Assembly (NCBI GenBank): GCA_030295235.1
Contig: AP026145.1
Coordinates: 868,001 to 932,000 of the forward strand
Source of the DNA: Fistulifera solaris
Taxonomy: Eukaryota
Reading direction: 5' to 3'
Length of the DNA: 64,000 nt
Within the stretch, counting starts at the first letter, position 1; each line of letters opens with the position of its first letter. The position numbers were made by a program, and so were the translations under genes. This document shows, piece after piece, positions 36,997 through 49,226 of the stretch. The notes beneath the pieces were generated by a model. That model was not told the origin of the DNA and searched no databases. It was given only the letters and a program-made list of their open reading frames with translations.

Positions 36997-37791
36997 ATGG
37001 AATACATTTATGTGCGGGCCTTGCAAGACGACAAGTACTATGTTGGTTGTTCGAGCGATGTGATTCGTCGATACAAGCAACACCAAAAAGGCCAAGGCTC
37101 CTCTTGGACACAACTTTATCCTCCCGTCGATCTTCAGAGCCTACACGAAGTTGCACCAGGAAGACTTCCAGGATTCGAAGAAGATGCGCAAGTCAAGTCC
37201 TTGATGCTGATATATGGGATTGATCGCGTGCGTGGAGGCTCCTACTCGAATGTGGAGCTGACGGAAGCACAACTGGCCGAACTGAAACAAGCATTGCGAC
37301 ATGCCAAGTCAGCTTGTTACCGTTGCGGCCGAACGAGTCATTTTGCGAGTGAATGCTTTGCAAAAACGGAGATCGTTGGTTCCTCCAGCTCTACAGAATC
37401 CTAGGAGCAAGTTCCACTCGCCACGACCAGTCGCTACAATCTTCGACCAAGGATGCCGGCTTGCAAACGTTGCGGCCGAAACAGTCATACCGCAGAAAGT
37501 TGTTACGCCAGCTATAAGGTTAACGGTGTACGCGTTGCGGTAGAAATGGCCCCGGCTGCCAAACTCGTCGCCGAGGAACGAAACCGCCATTCTCCCAAAG
37601 AGATATGCGAGCGTTGTTGTCGCAACACGCACACGATCGAGTTGTGCTACGCTTCTCGTCATTTAAATGGTTCCATACTCCCCAAGGCACTGGCTAGAGC
37701 CTTCCAAAGTAGACAAGACCCGAGGAAGTTTGGTGATTTCGACATCAACGAATTGTTTAGCCAGATGAAAGTGAAATATTCGGAGAAATGA
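36997..37791 (+). CDS. GIY-YIG nuclease + CCHC knuckles (array copy 3), split by an in-frame TAG at 37402-37404
   Basis: YIYVRALQDDKYYVGCS..RRYKQH..VRGGSYS and CYRCGRTSHFASEC. ORF 37453-37791 is in the same frame and has two more knuckles. Confidence 0.8.
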
Positions 37792-38554
37792 GTTGCACAG
37801 TTTTGGATTTGACGCCGACGCGCCACTCGAAACCGATTTGCTTTCAAAGTAAGAAAAAAGCCCGACAGTCAATTCATCAAAATGATAAGCCAAAGACAAC
37901 CACAGCCGTCAAATTCCCCTTTTTCTTTGAACTTTGAGGAAAAAGCTCTACAGCGATCTCCTTACTAGACTGTCTATAAAAGCCATTGCATGCGTTTCTC
38001 GAACTGCTCGAGTGTTCCCTTGATGATCACGTAACTTCTCCTCTTCGTGACAAGATGCGTGATAGTGACGAGATGCATGAAAATAAGAGCATTGTCTCGT
38101 CGCCGTCGTCGATCGCGTGTTGTTTCGTTTTTCCGTCTCCGGGTCGCCTGCACTCGAGGAGTCGTCGATCTGTCTGTCCGGTACTAAACTTGTCAGTCTT
38201 GGTTATGGATCTTGGACATTTGAAGTGTAACATAAACTGTAGTTAAAGATATCGCAACAGCCAACAGCATAATCGCAATAGAAACAGGCGTAGCATTTTA
38301 CTACTGAAGTTCATTCACGGTCAGAAACCCTTATGTAGTGAATGTACGGAAGTGTAGAATTTCATTCCATCATTCCGTTCTGCGAGAAACTCGCACCAGC
38401 AAATTTCAAACCGACGACGACGTTGGTTGCGTGTCGTGCATAAAACGCAACAGAAGGCTCCCGGATATTTCTTTCACATTTCCGGGAAGCCGTTCATGTA
38501 TCCTTGCTTTGATTTCCTCCAGACCTCGCACGACGAAGAAGAAGCAACGCAACG

Positions 38555-39449
38555 ATGCCATTGTTCCTTGATCGCAAAAAGCCAACTCGAACACGGTCTT
38601 TGATTGATATCATGCATCCTTCCGAGCGACGCTCGTCGTCATCACCGAAACGACGATCGCAGCGACAGCAGCAACGGCAACAACAGGACAGTAGCACTTC
38701 GACGGATTCGACGGTTTCGAGCTGCATCAGCTATAGTGAAGACGGCACGGGAAGCTTGCACAGTAGCCCGAGGAAATGTGTACACTTTAGCACCGTTTCG
38801 ACGCACTGGATTCAATGCGACAAGGCCGCAACCATTGAATCGGTCGATCATCACGAGATTCGCAAATCCGCCGTGGCTCTGGAGCGCATCATTGGAGCTC
38901 TCAAAATCGAGGAATATCAACGAATGGCGTCTTCGACACGAAAACCGAAAGTAAAAGCAGAAACAAAAGAGACACAACAACCCCGAAAGATTCGCGTCGC
39001 GACACGACCTCCCCCCGAACACAGCAATCGACGCCGTATTCTTGTGCGAGCATCATCTCTTTCGACACTGCCTACCGAAAAACGCACGCGCAGTCCGTCT
39101 CCTTTACGTCGCGCGGTATCTCCCCCTTCGTCGTGCGGCATCACCCCTCCGTCGGTTCCGAAACACAGACGAAAAGGAAAATACACACACGACTAGCAAT
39201 CATAGCCGCAGCAACAAAGGCAGCAGCAATGCAACTCATCGCACGAGCAACAGCAGCAACGGTGATAACTGCAACAACAAAAGTCGTAGTAACGGGGATA
39301 GCCGCAAGAGCAAAAACCCTAACCACAGCAGCAGTATCGATAACAGCGACAAGGATGCACGCCCTGGTCGTCGCTTTTTACGAGCGGATTCCTTTTCGCG
39401 ATTAGGGCGCTCGATGGTATCGCCGCGAAAGAAACGGGTGGATCCCTAA
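38555..39449 (+). CDS. Hypothetical low-complexity Ser/Arg-rich protein; probable frameshift near 39180
   Basis: ORFs 38555-39196 and 39042-39449 overlap. The first contains KCVHF, an RVxF-like motif. Confidence 0.5.
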
Positions 39450-39778
39450 GAGACACCGAGTCAGCAGCGAAAGCGTGAGAATTCATCGTGCATAGTGACA
39501 TTAGAGTACAGTTTGTGTTTCCTATTGGATAGTCGTTTTGAATATATACAATTTCACAACAATTGCCTGCATGAAGAACAACACGTTGATGGGGTGATAG
39601 TATAACGTCGGCGATGAAGGAAGCACACAACGAATACGGAACTCGAGGCGTGATCGAAGATAATTGCACACTCTTGCAATTGTATTCAGAACCAAAATAA
39701 GGGCTCTTTAGCCTTAACGCTTCGTTTCCTGAACTTTACTTTCTCGCTCCTTTTGTGGGCTGAGGAGTGCGTCTGTTC

Positions 39779-40177
39779 TTAATGTGCTTCGAGTTGGGAG
39801 TGTGCGTTCAAATTTTGCTCCTCAGCTTGACGTTTTCGCTGCCTTCGCTGAAACCCAATGGAATGCGTTTGTGCCATATATTTGTACGCATCGATGGTAC
39901 TCCAATCGAGTATTTGTTCTAGGGTAAACGAGCCACGACTTTCAACTGCCTTCCTTCGTTCTCGAGCATGATGCATGCGATTCAATTCAAAATCGTCCAC
40001 CGAACACGTCAAAATCCATTCGACTTGATCGGTTTCGTGCACATGTTTGACCTGAACTCGACCAAAGGAGACTGATGAACGACCACCATCGTCCGAAACA
40101 GAGCTCTCGTCGCTTGAGGCATCTCGGAATGTCGGAGAATCGTGGCAATGTGTTATCGGAGAGAATAAGAAGAACAT
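39779..40177 (-). CDS. Small hypothetical protein, tandem paralogue 1 (VSFGRV..KHVHETDQV)
   Basis: Shares VSFGRVxxKHVHETDQVxWxLxCSVDDxELNxMHHARERRKA and AYKxMAQTxS with 40813-41265. Confidence 0.75.
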   Translation of the reverse strand: MFFLFSPITHCHDSPTFRDASSDESSVSDDGGRSSVSFGRVQVKHVHETDQVEWILTCSVDDFELNRMHHARERRKAVESRGSFTLEQILDWSTIDAYKYMAQTHSIGFQRRQRKRQAEEQNLNAHSQLEAH

Positions 40178-40812
40178 TGCACTTTGTCACAAATTTAGAT
40201 GCCCATGAGCTGGTTACTCCAAGTAACGTTTATCTAATCACTAATTCATTGTTTGTCGAAGAGGTGTGGAAACGATTTCAATTTTTTTTGAATGAGTTTT
40301 GCCCCGACATGCATCTCACTGGTCAACAACATTTATCAAAAAGTGATCAATCGACGGCCTTCTGTATCAGTGGAAAAATATGGGCTCCACTTCATGATGC
40401 ACAGTAAAGACGGTAGAGAAGCATAGACCAATGGCCTTTTATACACGAACTTTTATAGGTCTACTTTGTACACGAATGAACGTGCGAAGGAGCTTGTTTG
40501 AGTCACATTATGGAGCTAATCACGAGTTCACAGTTTCATCATCAAAGCGGAGATTGTTGACTTTTGATGCCATCAAAATATATTTTTTTTGCGTAAACTA
40601 GCAATTACTTTAACATTTTATTGACGTGTCGCATTTTGCTGACGTTACGTACCTGGATGTTGAACGGATTCGTGGGAGAGGTAAATTGAAGGCACGCGGT
40701 GCTCGCTATCGAAATTGATGCTCGGTGAAGCGGCCATGTTTGCATGGATCGATGCCAAGGAACCCATGTGGCTGTCTGTCTAGATTTCGAAAAAGATGAA
40801 TCCATTCAACAA

Positions 40813-41265
40813 TCAGGAAGCGTTGAGAAACCACAAGAACGACTCCTTCTTAGCGTTCTCTTGCATCTTCTTTTGTTCTAGCCGCCGGCGTCGCTTCTCT
40901 TCAAAGACTAGTGAGTTTGTTTGGGCCATGAATTTGTATGCCTCAACAGAGCTCAGCTCAGGAAATTGCTCCATCGTCAGTGTCCCTCGATTCACCTCAA
41001 TGGCGGCTTTCCTCCTTTCTCGTGCGTGATGCATCTTATTCAACTCGTAATCATCAACTGAGCACGACAGCAACCAGTCGACTTGATCGGTTTCGTGTAC
41101 ATGCTTTATGTAAACTCGACCAAAAGAGACTACGGTAGAATTGCTATTGGAAAGCGAACAGTCCTCGCTTGTCGACGACGACTCGGTGTCATCATGGCTG
41201 TCGTCCAGTTTGGTCGGATAGAAGATGAGATCTCGCAACGAAGACGACCTGAGCAAACGAAGCAT
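40813..41265 (-). CDS. Small hypothetical protein, tandem paralogue 2
   Basis: Same conserved block as 39779-40177. The start is uncertain because the ORF extends to 41391. Confidence 0.75.
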   Translation of the reverse strand: MLRLLRSSSLRDLIFYPTKLDDSHDDTESSSTSEDCSLSNSNSTVVSFGRVYIKHVHETDQVDWLLSCSVDDYELNKMHHARERRKAAIEVNRGTLTMEQFPELSSVEAYKFMAQTNSLVFEEKRRRRLEQKKMQENAKKESFLWFLNAS

Positions 41266-42006
41266 GAGTGCTGGGTTTAAGACAAGGATAGCTGAAGATT
41301 TTGTACAATTCAAAAGTGGCTTTGTCAAGTAATTGACTGCTGCAATTTTGCGCAATGCGAGAAGGAGGAGTATCGTCGTCAGCCGCCTCATTTATTCGAG
41401 GACGAGAATGGTTTTGAAAAGATCGCGCGTGTGAGCCGCGAGGACAAAATTACGCGGCATACAACATGTACTAATTTGTATCATCGATTTTTCTCACTGG
41501 AAATTTTGCATATTTTCAATGAAACAAATTGTACAGACAGGCCATAGTAAAAAGTGGGCTCCGAACTCATGACTCACAGATCACGACTCAAAGGTACTGA
41601 GCACTATACAAAGTGCAATTCAAATGAAGTCGCTGTAGGCTTTAAAGTACGCAAACGTTCGGAGGCTAACAGCCCTCTTAACTTTAACGATAATGTAGTT
41701 GGTGAACTAGGAACTAGAGGGAAGATATCAATTTTCAACTATCAACCTTCGTCGTCACTCGTCACTCGTCACTTACTTCAAACCGAATTATAGCCCCGAT
41801 ATAAATCTTAAATACTTATTATCAGCAACAACAACCACAGCCTGCTTTGCGCTTTGCGCGTCGCTTCTTCTCTAGTAGTAGAAAACTATTATCTGGAAAC
41901 AGTCTGATCTATACAGAGTACAGCGTACAGCGTTCAACGTATCAGATTTCGTACTTTGTGTCTAGCGCTTACACTAGCATTGGACCTTGGACCCATGATC
42001 AGCGCA

Positions 42007-43230
42007 CTACACTGCTTTCGGGGCAGAATTTCGCTTTATCTTCAAAAGTTTCTTCAGCATTGCTTTTCGCTGTTCAGTTGACTTTACTCGAGGCGAAGCT
42101 TGGCTCGCCGACCCCGTTTCCGCTTTTCGAATGATTGGACTACAATTGTGAATTGTATGTCGAGGTGATGGCTGGCTCTCTTTTGTGTTTGTCGACCGTT
42201 CTATTCGCGGCGTCGCTGGTCTAGAAACATCGGATACGTTTGAACTTTTCGTATCACACCTCTGTGATTTCTTTCGCGAGATAAGAATAATCGATGCGAT
42301 GTGGCTCTCCGAATCCGACTTTGTGCTTTTAGGCCGGCGTGTTATGTGTTGCTGTTTTTCCAAGTTGGCCTTACTTTCCAAAGCTTTACTCAAAGTATTC
42401 AAATCTGTTGGCGTTTCCTGTTTGTTGGAAGTCTGTCGCCTGTGTTCCACGATTTCTTCATCACTCTTTATAGCTTTACTTTTCCAGATATGTTGGATGC
42501 CGCCTTCTTTATCGATTGTGCGACGCCTTGGTTGCTCGCTTTTTCCGTATCGGTGTACTCGCTCTTTTCTGATTTTCTTAAGGGCGCAACGCCGTGTTGA
42601 ATTTGCTGAATAGATTTCTGTGCCGATGGCTCCTTCTTTACAGAACGTTCTGAAAATTTACTTTGCGCGAATATAAGGCCAGACGGTGGAGAGCTGCATC
42701 CTTCAAATACAGAGGCACGATTGGCAATGAGCTCGGATCGCCGTTTCGAGGGGGGATACAACAATTTTGTCTTTAGCCGGAGCGTCTGTCACGGGTTGAT
42801 GTATATCGTCCAACGAGTTCTGAAACAAATTGGAGCTTGAAACTTGAGGTGACATTGGTTCGAAAGTAACATCCGAAACATTCATTCCGGACAATACCGA
42901 AACGCGCTTTCGTGTGATGTGAATGGGTGGTCCAATGTGTTCGTACATGTTGTCGCTTATTGAGTCTTCGCCTATGGCATTCATTGTCTCAATCGTCAAA
43001 GAGCTTCGTCGTGCCGATGCTGAAAGACTCCCAGAGCCGAACGTATTTGAGGAATTTTCACTTATATCCATTGTCGCTTGCGTTGAATCGTCCTTGACAG
43101 CATCGTTTGTCGTTCTTCGGCGCGCCAGGTTGGTGAGGAACGAACCGCTCTGCGAGTCGCTATTTGCATTTGCTTCGAAGATGGCACACCGATCCGCCAG
43201 TAAATTGCGTTTGCGTCGTAGACTTGACAT
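42007..43230 (-). CDS. Hypothetical Ser-rich disordered protein, fragmented by frameshifts
   Basis: Three consecutive minus-strand ORFs (42703-43230, 42468-42764, 42007-42450) with a repeated motif: LLADRCAIFE and LIANRASVFE. Confidence 0.5.
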
Positions 43231-43883
43231 GCTTTGTTGTGGGTGAGAGTTGGATTTTCTATAAATCAGCGGTAAAATAAGCGATTGTTGATTGTAGATT
43301 GTTGTTCGAATGTGTTTTGCTGTTTTGCTTCAATGGTTCGATGATGAATCACAGTTGCCGCGATTTTTCGTCACTTGTCATTTTGTTCATTGTCCGATGT
43401 GACCAAGAGCTATGGAAATCAGAAAATGCAACCTCGCCGCCCACCGCCGCGCGAATTCTACACATAACGCATAAATCACAAAGTAACCAGTAACAATAAC
43501 ATAGTCTAAGTACCAGGTAGTACTGACAAAATGACGGACAAAGGACAAGACCAAATCGCAAATCGCAAATTGCAATACTAAAGTCGAGCTCTGTTTCGGA
43601 GAAAGGTTATCAGGGAACGATGTATACGCTTCAAAGTACCTGATCGACATCCATTCTCTACAACGGCTGATAAGAGAAAGTAGCTTTATTCGTTGAACCA
43701 CGATTCACACGGTCGAGCTGTTTATTCGTATCACCCAGAATGTACAAGACGAAAAACGTACAAATTATGAACAATGAACATCGTACAAAGATGGTTTAGC
43801 TTCTTGCATTCTTTATTCTTCATTGTTTTTCATTCAAGTGCTACTTGTAGCACTTAGCGTCTACGTATCCAAGGACTCACCAA

Positions 43884-44147
43884 TATAGTTCGACAAATAT
43901 CGATATTTGGATTTTTACGAATATCAATATCGTATAATACGATATAATAACCGTTATTAATACTCGCAGCCGTCTGTTTTTGTCCGTAAATTACAGCCAC
44001 TTTGACGTGAAAAGCCTCAAATCCGTCTGTCAGACGTACGAATATCGATAAATATCGATATTGGCTAAAATTGCCCTGATATAATATGCTATTATAACGC
44101 GAATATCGATATTCGTTATTTGTTATTTGAGTGGGTGTCGAACTATA
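43884..44147. mobile_element. 264-bp MITE, hAT-like (8-bp TSD)
   Basis: Perfect 12-bp TIR TATAGTTCGACA at 43884-43895 and 44136-44147. 8-bp TSD CTCACCAA at 43876-43883 and 44148-44155. Repeated internal AATATCGATA motifs. Confidence 0.9.
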
Positions 44148-45631
44148 CTCACCAATCAATCACTAATCACCGCTTTGAAAAGCTAAGGTCTATCATACCC
44201 GGTATGAGCCGGGGGACGGGTCCTTGCACTAAGAGAAAGGTTTGTGCTTTTAGTGTAGTCAAGCCGGTTCGGAAACTCAGCTCTCTAGAGCATTAGCTGG
44301 TAGGTTTTGCAACACATCTTTCTCAAATTTTACATTTCTCAGGCTTACTAAAGTTCCAGAAAATGTAGGATACGGAGTATGTAACAAGCTGACACGACGC
44401 ACCACGCAGCCGATTTAATTGCGGTGAGAGGAGGTTCATATTATAATAAACAAACACGCCCAGAATTATGTGTTTGACACTAGAAAATTCTCCTTCGCCG
44501 ATTAATTGATGGCAGACACGACGCATGTAAGATTCCTCTAGCCAAGAAAAACGGTAGATGCAGCTGCATAGACTATTTGGAACGCTGAGTAGCTACCATA
44601 GAGCTAGATATGAGACTGATCAAAGGCCGACTGGCTCAGGGCTTCCCTGCTGGCTAGCTCTAGAGAGAAGATCCTTTAGCTGGAATAGTCTAAACTCTAA
44701 ACAGGTGTCACTTGAACCGCACAAAAATACATCATATATTTTTTTTATAAAAAATAAAATTTTCGGCTTAAATCGGATGCACTGCCCATTGCCCAGCATT
44801 TTTTTTATTAAAAATAAAAACTACTCCAGCTGTTCGGGTTGTTGTTAGTCGCTCCATTGTTCCACTTAAATTCCGTATCCGTCCGAGAAGCATAAAGGGC
44901 AATAATAACGCAGTCTCCCTAATATCCTATTCTCAATTCAACGTGTTCCCACTTCCCACTGTTTCGAAAAGTGCCGAAAAACACAAGCCCTTTTTACTTT
45001 TTTACAACTTTTCGGATTCTTCCAAACCAGAAGTCAGAAAATTATAAAAAATCCTTCTCTTTACTATAAGCAAAACAGTAAATAATGCACAGGCGCTGGC
45101 TAAATTCCCCATAAATATTCTATAAGTGTCCGTTTTCCAAGTTCGAACTGTTCATTCCCACAGTTCCTTGCTTTTCTCTTGAGACTTTAATGCGGAACGT
45201 TGCTGTTTCGGAAGTTTAGCTATAGAGATTTATGTACTCTCATTTGATATCGAAAGTACGTGGATGGTTTACGATTAGATCGTTGCCATCACGTCTCAAG
45301 ATGGCCGCCTACGGAAGAACCTTCTAATGAACGCGATTATCGCGGGGCTTAATTAAAATGTATAGTTTGGCGAACGTAGATTTGCGCCATCAAGAAAGCA
45401 TTTCAAAAGCCCTCTCTCTTTTGTATGAAATCCCAATTCCACGAGCGATGGCCTTGGATGGCGAGGAGAGCCGGAAGTGTAAGGATGCATTGCGAATGAA
45501 CTCATAGACGATGATTTTCTTATCAATCATGAGGATGCGAATTCACCTGCAAGGCTCACAACATTACCAACAACGCAACAAAGGTAGAGGACTTCTGGAT
45601 CAATAAATAGGTTTGCGGAGACTCTAGAACA

Positions 45632-46390
45632 ATGATATCGACATCTTTCTCCTGCGAGAGGATAGGAACGAATGCGAAGTCGAATCACCAGCAACGGCCA
45701 CGCGAACCCCTCAATGACACACCAATGCGCAACAGCGCTGAATTCTGTACAGGAAAGATCCAATCCTTACGGACCCGATCGTATCCGGAATCTCCTCGTC
45801 ACAAAGCGTCGTTGATGAAACTCTCTTCACAGAATTCGTCGTCCTTGACGAGTCTGCTGCAAGAAAAAGCAAAGACGCGCGTCGGACTGCGTAATCCACC
45901 CCATATAATTTATCGAGCACTGCAAGAGCACAAGTTAAAAATGGCGAATGTTTTGAACGATACACAGAATAGCAATCAAGCGGAGCATTTGCAACAGCTT
46001 CGGCAACAACTGCATTCGATCGAGGAGGAATTAAAGAGAATGTTGGCGGAAGATCAAGAACAATTTCAATCAGATAGGGCTAGTGCAGCGGAGGAGGGCC
46101 CACAACGAGTTGCCCCGAGACGACGGAACAGTATCGGTCGTTGCACCAATATTGCGCACGAAATTGAATCTATTCGCCACGCATTATCGTACGATTATAC
46201 GCCTCAACAACAGCAGCAGGAGCATCAACAACGGCAACAACGAAGACGGCGCAACCGCAAGCATACGTTTCCCGTTCCCTTGTCAATTCCGGAAGGAGAA
46301 GAGGAACATTGTTTGTGGTCCTCGTGTCCTTCTCTTGAGTACGAACCAGAACCGCGTGATTTGCCTCCCAAATTACCGACGCGAAGATAA
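45632..46390 (+). CDS. Hypothetical coiled-coil / Gln-rich protein
   Basis: 252-codon ORF ending DLPPKLPTRR; the start is uncertain. Confidence 0.6.
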   Translation: MISTSFSCERIGTNAKSNHQQRPREPLNDTPMRNSAEFCTGKIQSLRTRSYPESPRHKASLMKLSSQNSSSLTSLLQEKAKTRVGLRNPPHIIYRALQEHKLKMANVLNDTQNSNQAEHLQQLRQQLHSIEEELKRMLAEDQEQFQSDRASAAEEGPQRVAPRRRNSIGRCTNIAHEIESIRHALSYDYTPQQQQQEHQQRQQRRRRNRKHTFPVPLSIPEGEEEHCLWSSCPSLEYEPEPRDLPPKLPTRR

Positions 46391-47047
46391 ACGCGATGAT
46401 CCGATGGCCGTATGCAGACGTGTGCTTCTCAAAGTTAAAGACGTGAGCGCAGTCGCTTTCTATTTTTGAAGAAGAATGATTTTTGGTGGACTAAAGCTGT
46501 AGTGTTACACTATGTTTTCAATCTCTTGATGCTTATCGATTCCATTTATAAGTAGATTTCACCGCTAAATTGATGAAATTCGTCTACGAAATGCGTATAT
46601 TATTGAATGCTGGCGCTATAAAGACAAGGACAAAGTGTGCGGGGCTAATATTCGGAGGAGAAACATCATTGATACGTAGTATGCGCTTAATAGCAGTCGG
46701 TCCAATAATAACGGTATCTATAAGGGCAAAACAGTTCACTCTCTTTTTCTAACCTGTGAAATTCAATTGAAAGCGGTCGTATCAATCAGCGCTTTAGAGC
46801 TCGACTTAGTCTTGGGGCTGCGTCGCACGACTCCTCCTCGAGTTGTTTCGCGGATGCTTGTGAAAGCGCGCGCGAACTTTTCGCGGTATGCGGACGACGG
46901 ACGGTCCTCGTCATCATTGCAATGTAAGAATGTAAGCAAAAAGACGAGATGAGCAAATCAAAAACCGCTCTTGCTTTTGTTTGTTGACTCTTACAGTATT
47001 CATTCCCTTCAATTCCTTAGTTTTCAGTTTAGTTGTAAGCAGTAATA

Positions 47048-47430
47048 ATGCAGGTAAGGAAGAAATAATTGCGAAAAGTGCCGAAAGGATAACCAGCACA
47101 TGCAGGCCGTCTCGTTCTTTGCAACTCATCCCGCTCATTTCTCCGTCCTCTCATTTACTTCTTTTTCTTCTTGTCACTCGTTCCCTCTTTTCTTTTACAC
47201 AGATTTTCATCAAAACATTGACCGGCCGTAAACAAGCCTTGAATTTCGAACCCGATCAACACGTATTGGCGATCAAGCAAGCGTTGCAAGAAAAGGAAGG
47301 CATTCAAGTCGATCAAATCAAATTGATTTACAGCGGAAAGCAACTGGCGGACGATAAGTCGTTAGAATCGTACAGTATTAGTGCGGGTGCGACCATTCAT
47401 ATGGTGCTGCAATTGCGGGGTGGTATTTGA
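47048..47430 (+). CDS. NEDD8: NEDD8/RUB1 ubiquitin-like protein; intron 47054-47202
   Basis: ATG CAG|GTAAGG...ACAG|IFIKTLTGRK..EKEGI..LIYSGKQL..IHMVLQLRGG plus a 1-residue extension. Position 72 is not Arg, as in NEDD8 rather than ubiquitin. Confidence 0.88.
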
Positions 47431-47548
47431 GTTGTTGTAACAAAACAAATGCAAATATGACTGTTTCCTTAACAAGTTCGGTACTAAGCCAACAAATAAG
47501 TGTCTAGGACCCAATCTACAAACTCTATTGTTATCATGATACGTTCGT

Positions 47549-49226
47549 CTACTCGTTCGTGTCGTCATTTGAATTGCTCGATTTCCCATAATGCTGTGGA
47601 GACACTTGTCGTCGTAGGGCGGGTATTTGTTCGTGTAAGATCGATTGCAAATACTGAATGTCTTTCGCACTCGGCTTCGAAGGTGATTGCGACAAGGCTG
47701 TTGGCAACGTATGACGCAAACGTTGCCATACGGCGGCCGTATACTCATCCCCGTTTTGTATTTCGCGGGCGTGGGTCCGTGAAAAGGCAGCACTCAATTC
47801 GCTAGCGGTTTGGGATTGTTCCGTCCAAGCCTGCAAGGCGGTGGAATGATACCACATCAATCCACTTGTCGACAGCAGTACCGTAGCCGCCATACCACTT
47901 GTGACGGCTGCTGCCGACGAAACCGTGGCGGCGGCCGTCGTATGCCACAATGCCGTTGCGGCACTCCCCACAGTCAAAACTCCCGTGACTTGCTGTACCG
48001 CCTTCCAAAACAATTTGCTTTTTCGAGCATGCCAATCCTGCAATAACTTGGCTTGCATTTCCAACAAGCAGCAACTATCGTACAGTAGCGTAATGACGTT
48101 GTCGACGCGCCGGGCGGGTGCTTGACGAATTTGTTCGACCACTTCGTGTCGCGCGGTTTCCAAATCTTGTTGTAAGACCGAAACCGTTGGAGCGTCACTC
48201 TTGTCACTATTGGAGGTCGGCAAACACATAGTATAGATGCGCGGCAAATCTTTGCGCGGAATCACTTTACTCAAATTCCAACACAAACTTCCGTACGCGC
48301 GGGCAAAATCGTGCATCTTTTCAAACTGATCGGCCTTATTCAAAACAATCAACAGTTTATGATCCATCCCACTCAAACTGTGCAACAAGACACTGAGCGT
48401 TTCACCGGTCGTCCCTGGTTTGTCCGGATCAAAGAACAAACACACGACATCGGCCCGTTCGGCCATCCAGCGCAAAACTCCTTGAAAGTCGTATCCCCGA
48501 TCCATGGGTGTTTTTCCTAAAAAGCCCGTAGCATTTCCGGGACTGTCAATCATCCCGGGTGTATCAATCATGATGAAATTGGCATTCAAATCGCGACGAA
48601 TTTTCAATAAAGAATGATGAATGAGGGTGGGACCAAATTGTCGCAACGGACTGAATCCCCAATCGGGGTCACCGATTCTGTAGTCGAAACAACAACGAAT
48701 AGGAAGCAGCCAAGAACAGAGATGGATAAGTGGGAGATGAGTTACGCAAACAATATTTCACACAAATACGCAGGCGCATATTCTGGATACGTACAACGCC
48801 GGCCCATCTTGATCACGATCTTCGGGTCCGGGAGCAATAATGGTAAAGGCATCATCTGTAGGCGCGACACCTGCTTTTTGAATTTGTCGTCCCAGCACAT
48901 GATTGATGAAGGAACTTTTTCCGGACGAATGATTGCCCACTAAGAGTACGGCGGGCAACGCCATACTCGGATAAATGGCGTCTAAAGGGCCGTGTAGCTG
49001 AAAAATCATGGAAAGTAAGAAGAACTGCTGTATTGAGAAAAGAGGGGAATAACTCGTTTGTTCTTACCTTTTCATTGAGAGGCAATAACGATTGGTACAA
49101 AGCTTGACATTGATCCATCACTTGTTGTTGTTGTGTTGAGTAATAATTTGTGTTATTAGCGGACGATAAGCATCGAACCAGACGGCCTAATTGCGGGAAG
49201 CGAATGCATCTTCGAGTAGCTAACAT
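47549..49226 (-). CDS. EHD/sarcalumenin-like dynamin-superfamily GTPase with two C-terminal hydrophobic segments; introns 48998-49067 and 48678-48794
   Basis: Motifs VGNHSSGKSSFIN, GVAPTDDAFT, IDTPGMID, FFDPDKPGTTGE, LNKAD and RAYGSLCWNLSKVI. Confidence 0.9.

Noticed and set aside
32555..37791. Penelope-like retroelement or LTR gag origin for the GIY-YIG + knuckle genes
   Set aside because: No reverse transcriptase, protease, integrase, LTRs or terminal repeats are visible in or around the array.
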